Of a DNA stretch of 64,000 nucleotides, positions 40,645 through 56,875 are shown in pieces. The position numbers were made by a program, and so were the translations under genes. How positions within the stretch are numbered: position 1 is the first letter of the stretch; the number at the start of each line of letters is the position of its first letter. The notes under the pieces were generated by a model. It did not search any database. It saw only the letters and a list, made by a program, of their open reading frames with translations, and had not been told where the DNA came from. The stretch spans positions 48,918,001-48,982,000 of the forward strand of contig OZ024749.1 in NCBI GenBank assembly GCA_964016885.1. Reading direction: 5' to 3'. Origin of the DNA: Eledone cirrhosa (lineage: Eukaryota).

Positions 40645-42260
40645 TCTGCCAGTTACGCCTGTATATTCCTTCACTTCATTGCTGGTGTCAGTCCCCGGAC
40701 CGAGACCCTGCTGGAGCACAGTATCAAGTCAATTACACTATAATAACCAACAGATATTTTATTTTGTCGGTTTGTATTTCTCGATACGATATTTGATATA
40801 AAAAGCGGACAGCCTATGCTTATTTCAGAGAGTAGGAAACTTAAAATTAGACAACATAACATTGAATAGACATATAATGTCCGGAGATGCATCAGTTGGA
40901 CAATAAGAGTATTGAAGATATAATCCATCTGGATGTTTAATACTACAATCAGATGCATCTAGGTATTTAAGTTTCCTGGAAACATTTGGGCAGACCCTGA
41001 CGGAAGAAACAAGATATTTTTCACACAAGTGGATACATCTTTTCTCATTTGAATGATACATGAACATGTCCATTATGTGAATTCAAAGGAATTACATCGA
41101 TATACCCAGTTCCATTTCATTCATTGTTTCCATTTCGTACGCAACTATACATTGGTACATCCATAAAGAATGTCACTTGTATATCAGTTTTTCTATGAAA
41201 GATATTTACTAGGACAATGTTGAACGTTCCTGCATTTCCGAGGAAAGGTTCAATGTGAGTGGACCCCAACTACACAGGGGTAATGTAGTCTGGTCTGAGT
41301 AAAAGAGAGAGCCATTGGAAAAACAATAAAAGGGAGAATAAAAAGAGAGAAAATTCGAACTCATTACTCAATTGGTCCTTTTCTATATCTAACCCAGAAG
41401 AATGAAATGCAACAAGGAATTCCGTGGAATCTGAAATACAGATCATAAAGAACTGGACCAAATAACATTAGAAAAGTTAACTGATATTCTAGCGCCTAAT
41501 ACTCTTTTATCTTCCCTCTTTTCCATCATATTACTTCGGTATTACAGATCATTTTAATGCCTCTGGAAACATTATGTGCCAAGACTGGATTAAATATCCA
41601 CTACTGACCTTTTGATATGACGGTTAATATACGGTAAAAGTTTAGCAACACTAAAGAAATGAGAGACATTGATTTTCTTGAAATAATCTTCATTCTCGGG
41701 AGATTCTTATAGCTAGATGGCATCTTAATATTATATTCCATCGTAGGTGGTGTCTAGCAGTGAACACTATGTTATGCCGTATCTTGTTACCTTCGTTTAC
41801 GCTATACTTTAATATATCGACTTTCATTTTATAATTAAAATTAAGTTCTGGCATTATTCCGTTGGCATTTACTCTACCTCAACATGCATGATTCGTTTCT
41901 ATTTCAGAAATATAAACAATGTTCAAACATGGTGGTTGGCATATAGCTGAATCCATGCAATAGAAATTAGATAATATGCCTACAATATTAAGAAAATAAG
42001 GAATAGATATTGATGTTGATATTTGATACCACATCAGGACTAATTCATTTATGGTCGAAGATATACCACAAACGGCCCTCTTGTTTTTATTTTAGTTTTA
42101 CATATTTCATCCGAGACTGAATTATCCAAATGTTCCACCCTAAATTATGAGGTAATAATTTGAGAGAATATGGTTAATTAAGAGCTATTTCTCGTCCATC
42201 CCATCAAATGCCATTGCGGTGGTCTGCGGAATCAGCAATAATTAAGGGCCGAACACTGTA
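40645..42260 (-). pseudogene. Heavily decayed PLE RT/GIY-YIG coding remnant
   Basis: Ordered traces YKNLPRMK (cf. Y.LPKIHK), VDI.S..NV.RGI (cf. DV.SLYTNI..G), GARISVNFSNV (cf. MG..AP..AN), SVIDLILC and EYTGVT (cf. N.IY.I.C..YIG.T). Confidence 0.45.
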
Positions 42261-42313
42261 GTGTGTACTTGGATATCATAACAGAGTGCATTTCTGTATG
42301 TCAGTTTACAGTA

Positions 42314-42384
<71 letters not shown>

Positions 42385-42385
42385 A

Positions 42386-42444
<59 letters not shown>

Positions 42445-42486
42445 GTCTCTCCTATATGTCGTGTAGGTCTGAGTTTCTATATCTGA

Positions 42487-42524
<38 letters not shown>

Positions 42525-42528
<4 letters not shown>

Positions 42529-42760
42529 CAAGAAACAGGACTATTCATCATCAGTGATCTGACTTTCATCGATATTTCTTCGCATTAACGATCAGATACA
42601 TTATAGTCAGTGCGATCAATAACTAAACTAAGTTATAGGGACACAGAGAAAGACATACCGATGATTGTCAGAAGATTACTGATGATGGACAGTCCTGTTT
42701 CTTGGTCTATTTTTTATTCATATGTATTACATTCGCAACAACGCAGCACGCCATTTTTCA

Positions 42761-42762
<2 letters not shown>
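42525..42762 (+). mobile_element. Element family D with ~50-bp inverted arms between (TA)n; other copies at 49768-49850 (-) and 50270-50382 (-)
   Basis: 42529-42578 matches the reverse complement of 42650-42703. Clear similarity among the three loci. Confidence 0.7.
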
Positions 42763-42834
<72 letters not shown>

Positions 42835-43188
42835 TGTATATATGTATGTTTTAATGTTTATTGGATAATGTGTAGTCTTTAAGCAACGTCCATATTAACA
42901 TACATTAAAATACATTTCAGAAAATATAAATACATGACTGAAACGATTACACAAGAAACACTGGGTTTTTTTCTATAGAAACGGTGTACATGGTAGGTTG
43001 GGTCATTTTGAGTTTGATCGAGTTAATTAGTAATATAATTAACTCAGTGTAGGCTATTGATTGAATGTCTACTATGTTTGACTCCTAAGTATATATAATT
43101 CATTTGAATTCAAAACGGTACGTTGCGACCTTAAGCAAGATGCTTCCGTTCACCTAAGTAAGTATCACACGCTAAACTACTCTCCGGC

Positions 43189-43231
<43 letters not shown>

Positions 43232-43710
43232 TGTATATAAGCAGATAGTATATATAGACTCCGACAAGATATTGTTCTATTTCTATTATTTGCTATCATA
43301 TGCTGCCGTAACTTTACTGCAATTTGGTTAACCTGAATTTAAGTTAATAGACTTATTTCCACAGATATTATCTTGACTAGAGAGCTTTTTGCCACGAATT
43401 AGTGTAAACCAATATATATTATTTCGTTACGAATTTGATACATGTTTCCTTCATGTAATGTACACTATTTTTCAACTTCAGTTTTAGGATATTTGAATTC
43501 ATCAGAAAAGAATAAGAATTGAAATTCTTGTTATTATTGTAACTAGTACTTAAAACGTCTTATTTCTGTGAAACCTATCTAAATGCAACTGTCAAATATT
43601 CCGCAAGATACAAGTAGTAATTGTAGACAATTGAGTATAAATCCATGTACATTATAGAAACACAAACACACACACCAACACACCCTCATACGTATGTGGT
43701 GCTTCTGTAT

Positions 43711-43779
<69 letters not shown>

Positions 43780-43784
<5 letters not shown>

Positions 43785-43895
43785 ATAATAATAAAATTGA
43801 AGACTAAAATCCAAAGAGGGCTCGATAAGGAAAATATATATCGAATATATAAGAACCGTGTGGAAAATCCGTAGATGAAAGATCAAGTAGAACCT
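43780..43895 (-). mobile_element. 3' fragment of element family C next to (TA)n
   Basis: Reverse complement matches 25030-25110. Confidence 0.7.
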
Positions 43896-44292
43896 GTGGG
43901 TATGTGTGAGTGTGGAGTGTCTCTCTCTCTCTCTCTATATATATATACACACATAGAAACAATGGAACTCGCCGCGCCGCCGGCATTGACTGCCAAATAG
44001 TACCTTTATTTTCTAGGCCTATTCATAACCTTTAGCTGTGTCATGCCCCTTCTTACTACCACTTAACTAGACCCCCACCCTGTGTGATATAATAGCAACC
44101 GCCTGGTATATAAGATGGCCAGCCGGCGATGGGGCAGTTACATTCCTGGAATGCTCGGAAAAACTAATTTCCATTTCTTTCGATAGACAATATTACCAGG
44201 AACAGCTTGCACATGGGGGAGGGGGTGGCTGGCGCGGGGCCAGCAGTCGTCACCGGTTATTGACCGATAGCACGGGCGTATTTTTACTATAT

Positions 44293-44475
44293 AATTGTTT
44301 CTACGTTTGGCACAAGGCCAACAAATTCTCAGTACATCACTCGTACTTTATTTTATGGACCCCGTAGAGATGAAAGGCAAAGTTGACCTCGACGGGATTT
44401 GAACTCAGAATGGGAAGGGCCGTAACTCTATGCGTCAAAGCATGGTGTCTGACCCTCTACCGATAATACCACTCT
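44293..44475 (-). mobile_element. SINE (16206 family)
   Basis: Near full-length similarity. Confidence 0.85.
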
Positions 44476-44739
44476 GACAATTTAACGTTACTATATATAT
44501 ATCACACTTAAACTTCTTCATAAGAACCTCCTTATGTTAATTGTCACCTTCTCTCTATATATTAATTACACACACTCTCTATTTCTCACTCTCTCTGTCA
44601 ATAGCTCTGTTTTTTATTCTCCCACACTCTCTCTGTTTTACTCTCCCTGTCACTCTCTATCTCTATTTCATTCACACACACTCTACCCCTTTTTAATCTC
44701 TATGTCTGTCTTCGTGGATGATGTTTGTCCTTGAAAAAA

Positions 44740-45106
44740 CATATTTCGCGGCAATATCGAGCATGTCTGAGCAGCCAGATTGACGCGTGACCTCAGCGCT
44801 GACGTTCCCATCTGACAAGATGGTGGTGGTACTTTAAAGGCTTGCGCCCCCACACCAGATGGTAGTATCTAGACCGAATAATCTGCACTTTATTGCGGAC
44901 GACGCAACTAGAAGCTGCTAAATTGACGGCCACCCTCCTCTCTCTGATTTAAACACCATGAATTTTTATCTGTTTTATTCCTTCGTTATATTTTGAATTA
45001 CCTGATGATGTCACCGGATTCAAACTGAACCCGGTCATTGAAATGATCATAGTATAATAAACGTTTCAAGGATTTACACCAGTTCATGCCTCCTGTTATT
45101 TTGTAA
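44740..45106 (+). mobile_element. HHR element family B (5' boundary approximate)
   Basis: TAC-CTGATGA-tgtcACCGG...CCGGTcatt-GAAA; stem III palindrome ATGATCAT; triplet AUA; GTA (44998-45055). AATAAA follows, and the element ends at TA repeats. Confidence 0.75.
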
Positions 45107-45128
45107 TATACATATATATATATATATA

Positions 45129-45666
<538 letters not shown>

Positions 45667-45886
45667 TAACATTTCGGATCCATTTAATAGAATCACCTTA
45701 AATGATTTGAAATCTGCAATGTTATGGTTATATATTCAGCGTTATTCACACTGAAATACAAAATACATTCACCCCACTGATATTTAATATCTATCAAAAT
45801 ATGTAACATATTATTACAACTACAGCAACTAGAGCGTGATGCATTTTATATCACACAAATGGATATAAGGAAAGTGGATTGTCAAA

Positions 45887-46085
45887 AGGCAGTTGAAGCG
45901 ATATTGGTAGACCGTTGGCCAACATGGCTTGGTACGTCCTTTTCGTTCTGATTTTCAATCCGGATGATGTTAACATTGATTTTCATCTTTATGGGGTAGT
46001 AAAGTATCAGTAAAGTACTAGACTTGATTTTATTGATTTCCCCTACCCCAAAATGTTTGGTCTTTTGTATAAATCAGAAACGATT
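45887..46085 (+). mobile_element. SINE (16206 family), decayed
   Basis: Head and core similarity. Confidence 0.6.
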
Positions 46086-46947
46086 AGTATATAACTGCAG
46101 TCTTTGTTGATGTTGATGTTGTTGTTGTTTAGACGCAGGTCACTTCTGGGTGAAAAGTCTAACAAATATATTGCGTATAGTTGTGAATAACGTGTCTCAT
46201 TGTTCTGTCGAAAATTATTGAAATCATTACTTTTTGTGTTCTTTTCTGGTGTCGGAAGCTTATAAGAGAGAAAAGGTGACGAATCAACAGAAGCGTTAAC
46301 ACAGATAGGTCAATTTTTGCCTTTCATCCTTTCGAGGTCGATAACAATTCCAGTCTAGTTTTGGAGTCGATACTTCTACTATCCTTCTCACCTACCTTCC
46401 TCTCTCTCTCTCACTCTCTATCCATCTCTGGTAGAAATCTGCTGTTCTCAAGCCTGCACAGGCACGTGCTCTGCTGGGACTAAAATACACAAGACAAACC
46501 GTATATCATTACGGCAACCCTACAACTCAATTATGAGATACGGGACCATACGATGGCATATGGTAGAGATGTGTCATTGCTATTACTAGCATGACGAGAT
46601 GCCTTGTGTAATCTCGATATTTCTACTAGATGTATGAATACATACAAAATATTTTTATTACATAAAAATGAGAGTATTTCTGTATAAAATTAGGATTATT
46701 ATTAAGAACAATTGGCACTCTTTCCAGAATTTACGAATGAATAATTGAAGACAGGGAATATTATAATAATTTTGGAATGGTGGTGGTGGTGGTGGTTCTG
46801 GTGTTGGTTGTAGACGTAGTTATATTAGTAACATTAGCTGTAGTAATAGTAAAAAATACATATTAGAATTCGTCAATTACTTCAACTGTAAAGATAAGTA
46901 ACGAGTGTGGTATTATTGCCCCCGAAGGGTTACAATCTATATATATA

Positions 46948-47004
<57 letters not shown>

Positions 47005-47070
47005 AGAGAGTGAGAGAGAGAGATACTTACATACACACACATACACTATTATTATTATTATTGTTGTTAT

Positions 47071-47170
47071 TCCTTGAATCTCAGTCATTGATGTTGGTTA
47101 ACTGGAAAGTCCGTTGGAATGAATATCAAGCCACTACCTGCAGCCTCAGATATTCAGGACGTATCGGAGG
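47071..47170 (-). mobile_element. ~100-bp 3' terminus of a second Dong-like subfamily between (TAA)n arrays
   Basis: Minus strand reads ILRYVLNI* (cf. ILRKILSI*), then hairpin GGCTGC-AGGTA-GTGGCT (cf. GGTCAC-TGGTT-GTGACT). Confidence 0.65.
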
Positions 47171-47214
47171 ATTATTATTATTATTATTATTAATATTATT
47201 ATTATTATTATTAT

Positions 47215-48330
47215 AGTTGCATTTATTTTGCTTTATGTCCATACGAGTTATCACCAAGTCACAACCAGTGACCTCAAGAGACAACAAGGTCCGCCATTAA
47301 CAGGAAAGAACATACATACTCACACATGCATCTTTAGTGTTTAGACTTGTGATGTACTTATATTGACAGAATCTTCCTTAGTATATGGGCAGTTCCCATT
47401 AGTACTATCTTTTGTATTTCTCCTATACGCGGGTTTCCTGGGATTTGCGATAAGTAATCATTAGACCCCTTAGGTATCATTCCTAGAGCGCCTACAACCA
47501 CTGGTATTGTTTTAGTTCTCAATTTCCACATTTTTCCAATTTCTATCTCCAGGTCCTTATACTTGCTCAACTTTTCAAATGTTTTTATAGATACATTCTT
47601 GTCTATTGGAATGGAAATATCAATTAGCAGGCATACCCTCTTTTTAAAGTCCTTCAATATTATATCAGGTCTATTTGCATCCATTTTTCGGTCTGTTTCG
47701 ATGCTAAAGTTCCACAAGATTGAGATGTGATCTTTTACAAGTATGGGAGCTGGTTGATGCTCCCACCAATTCTTTTGATGGGGCAGGTCAAAATACTTAC
47801 ACATTATCCAATGTATGTATTGTGCAGCTCTGTCATGCCTGTTTAGGTATTCGGTTGGAGCTATAGGACTGCACGTTGAAATTATATGGTCAATGGTCTC
47901 TGGTTGTTTTTTACATACACGGCACAATGGGCTGCATCCATTTTTTATTATGTTCGCTTGGTAATTTTTTGTTGGCAGACACTGATCTTGTGCTGATATA
48001 ATCAGTCCTTCAGTCTCCGATTTCAGTCCAGAGGATGCCAACCACTGATGGGTTAAAGTTTTGTCAACATCAGGATTTTTAGCACGTTCTGGGTATTTTC
48101 CATACAGAGGCTTTTCTTGCCATTTCTTAGCCAGTTTCTGTAGCAGTTCTTTCTTTGCAGTTACTTTTACCTGCTTTGCTTTTACTGTGTTTTCCATATC
48201 AGCAGTAAATGGGACTTCTGAAATGTGTAGTCCATTACTGTATCTTTGTGCATCTTTTGTAATGGAGTATGATCTATTGATGCTTTCGTGTTTCAAAACG
48301 AGTTTGATCATCCAATCATGTGATTCCCTT
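47215..48330 (-). mobile_element. 5'-truncated Dong copy (open frame 47358-48311: CCHC + RLE only)
   Basis: The 317-aa ORF is near-identical to the C-terminus of the 1216-aa ORF. The 3'UTR is intact. (TTA)n on both sides. Confidence 0.95.
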
Positions 48331-48347
48331 ATTATTATTATTATTAC

Positions 48348-48403
<56 letters not shown>

Positions 48404-49558
48404 TTAAACATGTTCAGTAATATTTCAAGTCAGACCTACTAATCTTTAAAATATGCAACATTTTCTTATTATAGCATCTTCATGTCACTTGGAACTACTG
48501 TGTTTTTGTTGCCTAAATTGAAATGTAATTCTGCACAAACTTTCCTATTTCCCTTACATTAAACATCGAAGCAAACGAAAACAATAAACGTATGTATCTC
48601 AGTTATAATCCCTTGGTGATGTTTATTCTTCCTCTGCAATAAATAACTTGTATTTTGTTATGATATTGTTGTTTAAGTTTACATTATGTTGATTTGCTCT
48701 AACAAAGAGTTCATGCAGGCGAAAACGAAAACAAATCACAGTTTTATTACATAAAATGAGACATCGATTTTTAAGACATGCCGAGAATCTTTATAACACC
48801 TAGACATTTCTTACCTGCCATCCTTCTGCCATTGACTTCCGATATTGCATATGTTTCCTTCTGTCTTTCTCTTTCTTCCGATCACTCTATTTCTATCTCT
48901 CACATCTCTTTCTCTATCATTTTTCTGTGTTTATCTCCTAATATCTCACTCTTCTCTCTATCCATATAACACTATATATATATATATATTTGTCCGTACA
49001 TTTATATCTCTATGTTATCATTTCTTTTCCTCAAAACTGTTTACATTTATTTTATTTTCACATCATTTCTTATGTATCCAACGGGAAGTGATCTAGAACA
49101 AACTGTCCTCACTTGAATATCTACAAATTTATGATCTAGAAAAGTTCAAAGAGGGAAAATCATATGAGTAAAAATAATCTGTATTCCGCTTCTTAACCCA
49201 AGGGGTATAAATTGTATGTCTTCGCTTTTATAATGACGGTAGAGTAGACGAAAAAAAGCAATAAAGATGAAATACATTATATCATGTAACCTTATGACGC
49301 AACTCGTTGATATGTTTTCTCTTTCTATCTTCGTGTTTGGCAAAGTCTTGACAAACTTTATTAATCATAATATTCACTGATAACACCATTTATTGAGCGA
49401 ATACTAGAAATTGTTTAATATATAAACACACACAGAAAATATGATACACATTAAAAGCAAACTCAGAGACACAACAGAGTAACGCATTCATACACACTAA
49501 CATGAATACTCAAAGGTCTACATATGCACGCACAAAAATACCTCATTATATATATACA

Positions 49559-49689
<131 letters not shown>

Positions 49690-49726
49690 CCAGGGGGTGT
49701 AACTAGGAGTTACTGCAGGTTCACCT

Positions 49727-49771
<45 letters not shown>

Positions 49772-50380
49772 GAAAATAGACCGAGAAACATGAATGTCCA
49801 TCTTCAGTAGTCTGCTGTTTATCATTGTTATTGCTTCGTATTAAAGACTAGATACCTGAAATAAATGCGAGCAATAACTAAATTAAGTTATCGGGACAGA
49901 GGAAAGTAAACAAACAACATGGTAGTAATGCAACATAAAGAGAGGAAAAGAGAGACAAGTCAATGAATCTTGTGGACTTAAGTCCGAACACATCAAATGA
50001 CGAGAAGAGTTGAACACGTCCGAGCCGAGCGAAAAGTGAGAGAGGAAGTAATTTCACACAGGTCAAACGGGAGGACGTGAGACAGGGGCGGGGGGTGTTA
50101 GCAGAGAGTGACTGAGTGAAACTGTGAGGAGGAGGCCAGCCGAGAGTGTGTGACCAACAGCTGGAAGAGAGAAAGCAACAGCTAAATAAGAGAGAACGGG
50201 GAGAGAGAAAGAGAATAGCAGTAAGGTGGCAGAAAAAATACGGACCACATCGAGGGGAAAACTGTATGTGAATGAAAAATGGCGTGCTTCTTTGTTGCGA
50301 ATATGAATGGAAATAGACAGAGAAACATGAATGTCCATCATCAGTAGTCTACTGATTATCATTGGTATTTCTTCGCATGC

Positions 50381-50506
<126 letters not shown>

Positions 50507-52199
50507 TGTTTTTGTTTCGTACGAGCGGGAGACGTAGCACACAAATACACATTTATTTCTATGGTGGAGGGCTATCATTGAAGGGGAATTCAACTGCTAT
50601 TTTTAGCAACATTTATCACCGACAGATAATATCATCAGAAGCACTATGTTTATAGACTGATCTGATCGTCGTCTCCTTTAACCTAGGAGTGTCGTCTGAA
50701 ACATTCATATGCAGACATTTTCATAGGCTGACTTAGATACTCTCGTGGATTAAGCAAATGAGTGATATTTTTTACACATACACTAGAAAGAAACAAAGCA
50801 TCTATTAATAAGAACTAATGGAATTAATGTATGCAATCTTTCACAGACTTAGCATCACTCTTTCATAGTCAGCCAACCCTCGAGTTAGGTGAATGGACCA
50901 CACAATCACACACTTGTGGGTTCGATTTTGATTAATCTTTGTAGATAGTGTTAGTTCTGTTAATTTTGTTGTACCTTTTGTTTAGATCCATGTCATTCCT
51001 GATTTATCATATCTATTAGAAACAACGTTACTGAGGTTACTGTCGTGAATGTGTATCACATCTAATACTTACGTTTTAAAACAGTATAATGAATATTTTA
51101 GCTGCTACTGATAGCATTCAATATGAGTATGTAGAACATTCCTATGTTACACGATTTCACGCCTGGCAACAGAATGAAATCAATGCTGTTACTTTCTACT
51201 TTGTCATTATGTAGTACTGCACATGTATGAACATTTTTGTATGAGGCATATTCAAAAATAGATCCGTTCTGGTATTGAATTGAATTATTTAGAAAAATAT
51301 TTAGTATAGTATATTTGACAGACGTATCGTTACATGTAGCTGGTTCATTAACATACTGGTTCAAGCAGATATCTGAGCCTATGTAATCCAGACGTATGAA
51401 TTGCTATTTTGGCGTATAGTGCACCCACCATTTAGATCACCAAATGCTCTTGTAAATATATGTGTGTAAATGTGTATGGGTGTGCGTGTATGCGGGAATG
51501 GAATATAGTTAAATAGTAGATTGAAAGTAAATAGTAAACTCAGTATAGCAGATCGTGTGCTTGGTTGCTTTGGTGGTATGCTATGCGAATATATTTAGAA
51601 TGATCTTCGTTGACATGAGCTATGATACAAGGGTTTCATTTCTTTGGGCCCCGAGAAAGAAAACATGTTCTGTTCTATTTTAAGGAGTATATTCTGACAT
51701 TCAATAACTTAAACACACAGAAAAAAATGCATATTATGTGAATAAATCATTCTATTTAAAATAGATAAGTCCATAGAATTGAAAGAGCATCAGCACATAC
51801 GAATTAACTGTGGCTCTAACTCTTAAACCGATAAAATATAACACATGTGATATCCAGGCATGAAGATGGATATGATATATTTTTGACGGGCAAAATAAGT
51901 TTTGCAAGAACGAAGTAATATGAATACAAAATAGGATATATTGAAAGCTGACCCCTTTGCCACAAAGTTGATGAAATGCAGAAATCCCAGCTGTTAAATT
52001 GATATTTGAATAGGGCCTTCTCTCCGTTGGAATCTCGTTGAAATTTAAGATTTCATTCACCGGAAAATTGAGAAACTGTCAACTATAATGGAATTTAATG
52101 AATTATGCACATATCTGTGTATGAGAGTCTACATAATTGAGATTCTACATACAAATATATGGCCTCAGCCAGATAGCTGGGATAGTTAAAAGGGTAAAC

Positions 52200-52268
<69 letters not shown>

Positions 52269-54052
52269 CACATATATATAAGCATACATACATATATATA
52301 TATATATATACATACACACACATATATGTGTGTGTGGTGTGTGTGTTTGTATGTGCGTGTGTGTGTGTGTGTGTGTTTGTGTTTGTGTGTGAGAGTGTGT
52401 ATGTATATTATTATATTATTCTTTATATATTTATGCATTTATGATATGAGACCATATTTATTTATGTGAACATATGTACATGTATGCATGTAGATCTGTA
52501 AAAGAAAATAATTTGAGATACCTCAGATGAAGCATTTACGTGAATTTCTACGGAAATTGTATTCATATTCGTTTTCTACTGCCAACGTTAGTTACATTTG
52601 TAACTTGAGATATGTCTTACGAGAAACGTTGCCTGTTTCATCACAAAGCCTATGTGGTATAGAAATTGTTTTAGCGAGAAGCTAACAGTATTCCATAACA
52701 TGGAATATATATATATATATAGTGAAAGATTGAAGAATAACATGGTCGGCTGTAAAAAGATTTTTTTTTTATTAACAATTGTTTCATTGATCAGGTGAGT
52801 CTAAAGGCCGCTAATCACTCGAAGTTGCATCACTCAATCTTAAATAGAGTGTTTACCTCTGATCAAATCATTGGAATACATTATTCTCTGTTACTCTTTT
52901 ATTCTTTTACCTATTCCACCCATCCGGCTGAGGCCATGCTGGGGCTCAGGAAATTGGTGTGGTATGACCGGGTGAAAGATTTTCTGCACCAGGTTTAAAT
53001 GGGACTAGATGGCTCTACAATGATTCCACCACGAGTTCGCGGCCCACGGATGTATGAAGGAGGAATTATTATGATAGGATACATATAAATCCAAAGCTTT
53101 CACTTTGGAAATTCCACATTTTATTCAGATATTAAGTGTACCCATAATATAAAGTATCTTCTCCTGTGAATTCAATATAGTGGTGATGTGAAAGAGATTT
53201 AGGTTTTTTTTCACATGGAAATTCATTCCTTCGCTCACAGAAACATCAATCTATATGAATATACAATCAATATAATTCTTTTTCCAATTTCAAACTTCCT
53301 AACTTGCTTATACAGCAGTTAAATTGAATATGCATGAATATGTTTATGCATGAAACATTCACTTAAAAGATATATATTATTTATGAATATCCGATTTTGT
53401 CGAACTCTATTCTATTTCTCAAAAAACAGATTAGATTTTGTAGTAAATTACGTTGTTTTCGTAAATTCCTTTTTGATATAATTTATACGAAATACATTTA
53501 CCTGGTGCTAAACAAAGCACATTTCCCACACCAAATACAATAAAAAACATTATATATATATATATTCACATTATACATTATATATATGTGTGTGTGTGTC
53601 AGTTTGTAGAGGGTGTGTGTGTGTGTGTATTCAACTTATATCTTTGCAAATACTACAATTAAATCAGTAGAGGGAGAGAGAGAGATAGATATCTACGTTT
53701 AAATTATGTGTTAAAAACAATGTCTTCTGTATATATGCATATTTAAGCATGTTATGTTTACATGTGCGTCTAAAAGTTATTATGTATAGGTATCCAAGTA
53801 GAGAATTATTTGTGTTATATTTGCAGAGATATGTAAACTTTATTCGTAAAAAAAAAACGGATAGATTTTACAAAGAAACATAGACGCACAGAAACACAGA
53901 TATAATTTGCCATTTATAATCTAGCAGCCCGTACCAATCCAGACCTACACACACAACATATAGTTTTATATGAATATTTAAACGTAAATATTTTTTTTAA
54001 TAATCAACATCTCTATCCATCCATCCATTCACCTATTTATACATACATACAA

Positions 54053-54138
<86 letters not shown>

Positions 54139-54792
54139 GATAAATGCATACAAACACACATACTTACATACATAAATACATACATACATAAATATATACA
54201 TACATACATAAATAAATACATACATGCATACAGATACAAAGCATATACACATGCACACGTACAAATCAAAACATACACATCCACACATACAATAACATCC
54301 AGATCTACACATGCATACATGCATACATAATCTATCTAGTTGATGTTGTGTAAAGTCCAATGACTGAGTCTTGTGTCTATGTTAGAAACCTACTCTCTCT
54401 CTCTATTGGGAAACATTTGTGAAATTATAAAACCAGAAGAACATACATACATAAATATATACATACATAAATATATACATACATACTTATATACATACAT
54501 ACATACATATATACATACATGTAGGAAATTATAGTTGAGCTGACACATTTATTGTCTTTTCCTAATGAATATATTTATGCGTCAGATGTATACACATTTA
54601 TACGCACTCACTCGTTATATACAATGAAAGTATACACATACATTTTTCCTGTTATACAACAACATACTTATCGAAAGAAATATGATAAGATCGTAAAGAA
54701 AGATTAAGCAATGCATACTAATTAATTTGCAATCTCATTACCGGCGAGGAATACGCTTCAGGTTATATTCGGAATGTTTAATGTGCATTATG

Positions 54793-55022
<230 letters not shown>

Positions 55023-55025
55023 CAC

Positions 55026-55065
<40 letters not shown>

Positions 55066-55688
55066 CTCTGTCTGTGTATGTGTATGTGTGCGTGTGTGTG
55101 TTTGTGAGTGATTGAGTGCCTGCGTCTGAGTCCGTGGGTGGGTATGTGAGTACGTGTGGATGCGAACGCGTCTGTGTCTGTAATATGTATACATATATAG
55201 CGAGAGAGATACATACATGGGGGTGGGGGTGAGATAGAGAGAAGCAGAGGGAGAGGGAGAAGAGAGAGACAATGATTCATATGTAATAGGAAATTCAATA
55301 CTGGAAAAATATGAAATAGCACAATGTGAAGTAATTAATTAATCCATAGATTTACGATCGTTTACGTGAGCAAAATTATTGCTGTCCAGTCAAATCAATA
55401 ACAGTTATGCAACTCCATACATTTAGAGTAAAAAACATACACCCTCCCCTATGTCTGTGTCCAACCTAATATGTATCTCCACCCCCACTCATCTACTTTC
55501 TCCGTTCTCTATATATACATATGTACGTGTGTTTTTCCGTTTGCATGTGTGTGTATCTCTATGAACACTTATATATATGCATCAAGAATCTAATGTGTCC
55601 CTACATACAAAAAATGTGAACAAACATGTTGCAAAAAATGTGAACAATAATGCAGTTGATTAGAGCTATTCAACATCTGAACATCCCG

Positions 55689-55730
<42 letters not shown>

Positions 55731-55829
55731 TTCATTCAATAATAAATTGGTCCGAAGAATCCAAACCTCGGTTTGGAGGAAACAGTTGTAAGCATAACAA
55801 TGTTTTGAACAGTTATTTGATTCTTATAA

Positions 55830-55868
<39 letters not shown>

Positions 55869-55871
55869 CAT

Positions 55872-56060
55872 TAATTGTTTCTACTTTAGGCCCAATGCCA
55901 GCAATTACCCAGTGCATTACTGGTACTTTATTTTATCGACCCCGTAAGCATGAAAGGCATAGTCAACCTCGGCGGGATTTAAACTCAGATCGTAAAGGGA
56001 CGTAACTATGCTGGAAAGCATGGCGTCCGGCCCTCTACCGATACTGCCAACCCACCGCCT
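55872..56060 (-). mobile_element. SINE (16206 family), full length, within TA repeats
   Basis: Close match to 16206-16391. Confidence 0.9.
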
Positions 56061-56196
56061 ATATATATATATAACATTAATAAGCGATAATGAGGGACAG
56101 AGACCGATGGAGAGAACTCATCCATGGATCTCGGGAATTTTACCCGCCCTAGATAGATAGATATATGAATATATGAATATACATATATATATATAC

Positions 56197-56233
<37 letters not shown>

Positions 56234-56769
56234 GAATATCGTAATTGTATATATATATATGTGTGTGTGTTTGTGTGTGTGTGTGGGGGGTAATTCATTC
56301 CACCTCCTCTTTTGAAGTATATATATATACATAGAGAGAGAGAGAGTGAGCGAGAGAGAGAGAGAGCGAGAGATAGAGAGATTATGTTGTGTACATATAT
56401 AGCCCTATCCATTCACAACCAACACTGACATAAATTTGTCGATCTTTTACTCGATCTCTTGAAAATATTTTGAGAAACAAGTTTTGACACTGATATGACG
56501 AGGAACCTGGTTTTTACAGAAAAGGAATAATACAATAATAATGATTATTATGATTAAGAGGATGATGACGTAGAAAAGAAGGAGTGTTCATCCATTTATC
56601 GGATTCCTTTGCCTTTTGTCTCTTTGATACATCATTTATCAATGGTAATCTTAGTAAATATTTGATTTTTCTTTCCTTTAAGATTATTTCTAGAAACATT
56701 ATTGTCGTTTGGTCTTTCTATTTGTAGATATTTACGTTTTTGTTATCGTTTTTTTTATTTGAAACTGTA

Positions 56770-56817
56770 TACATGACTTGACAGATAAATCCATATTTGC
56801 TATCACAACCACATATA

Positions 56818-56875
<58 letters not shown>

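Noticed and set aside
42655-42695. SECIS-like ATGA...AA...GA
   Set aside because: The helix is only ~7 bp, the quartet is misaligned, and there is no linked UGA ORF.
44255-44292. Helitron 3' end (gcacggg...ctat)
   Set aside because: The 5' arm of the hairpin and CTAG are missing.
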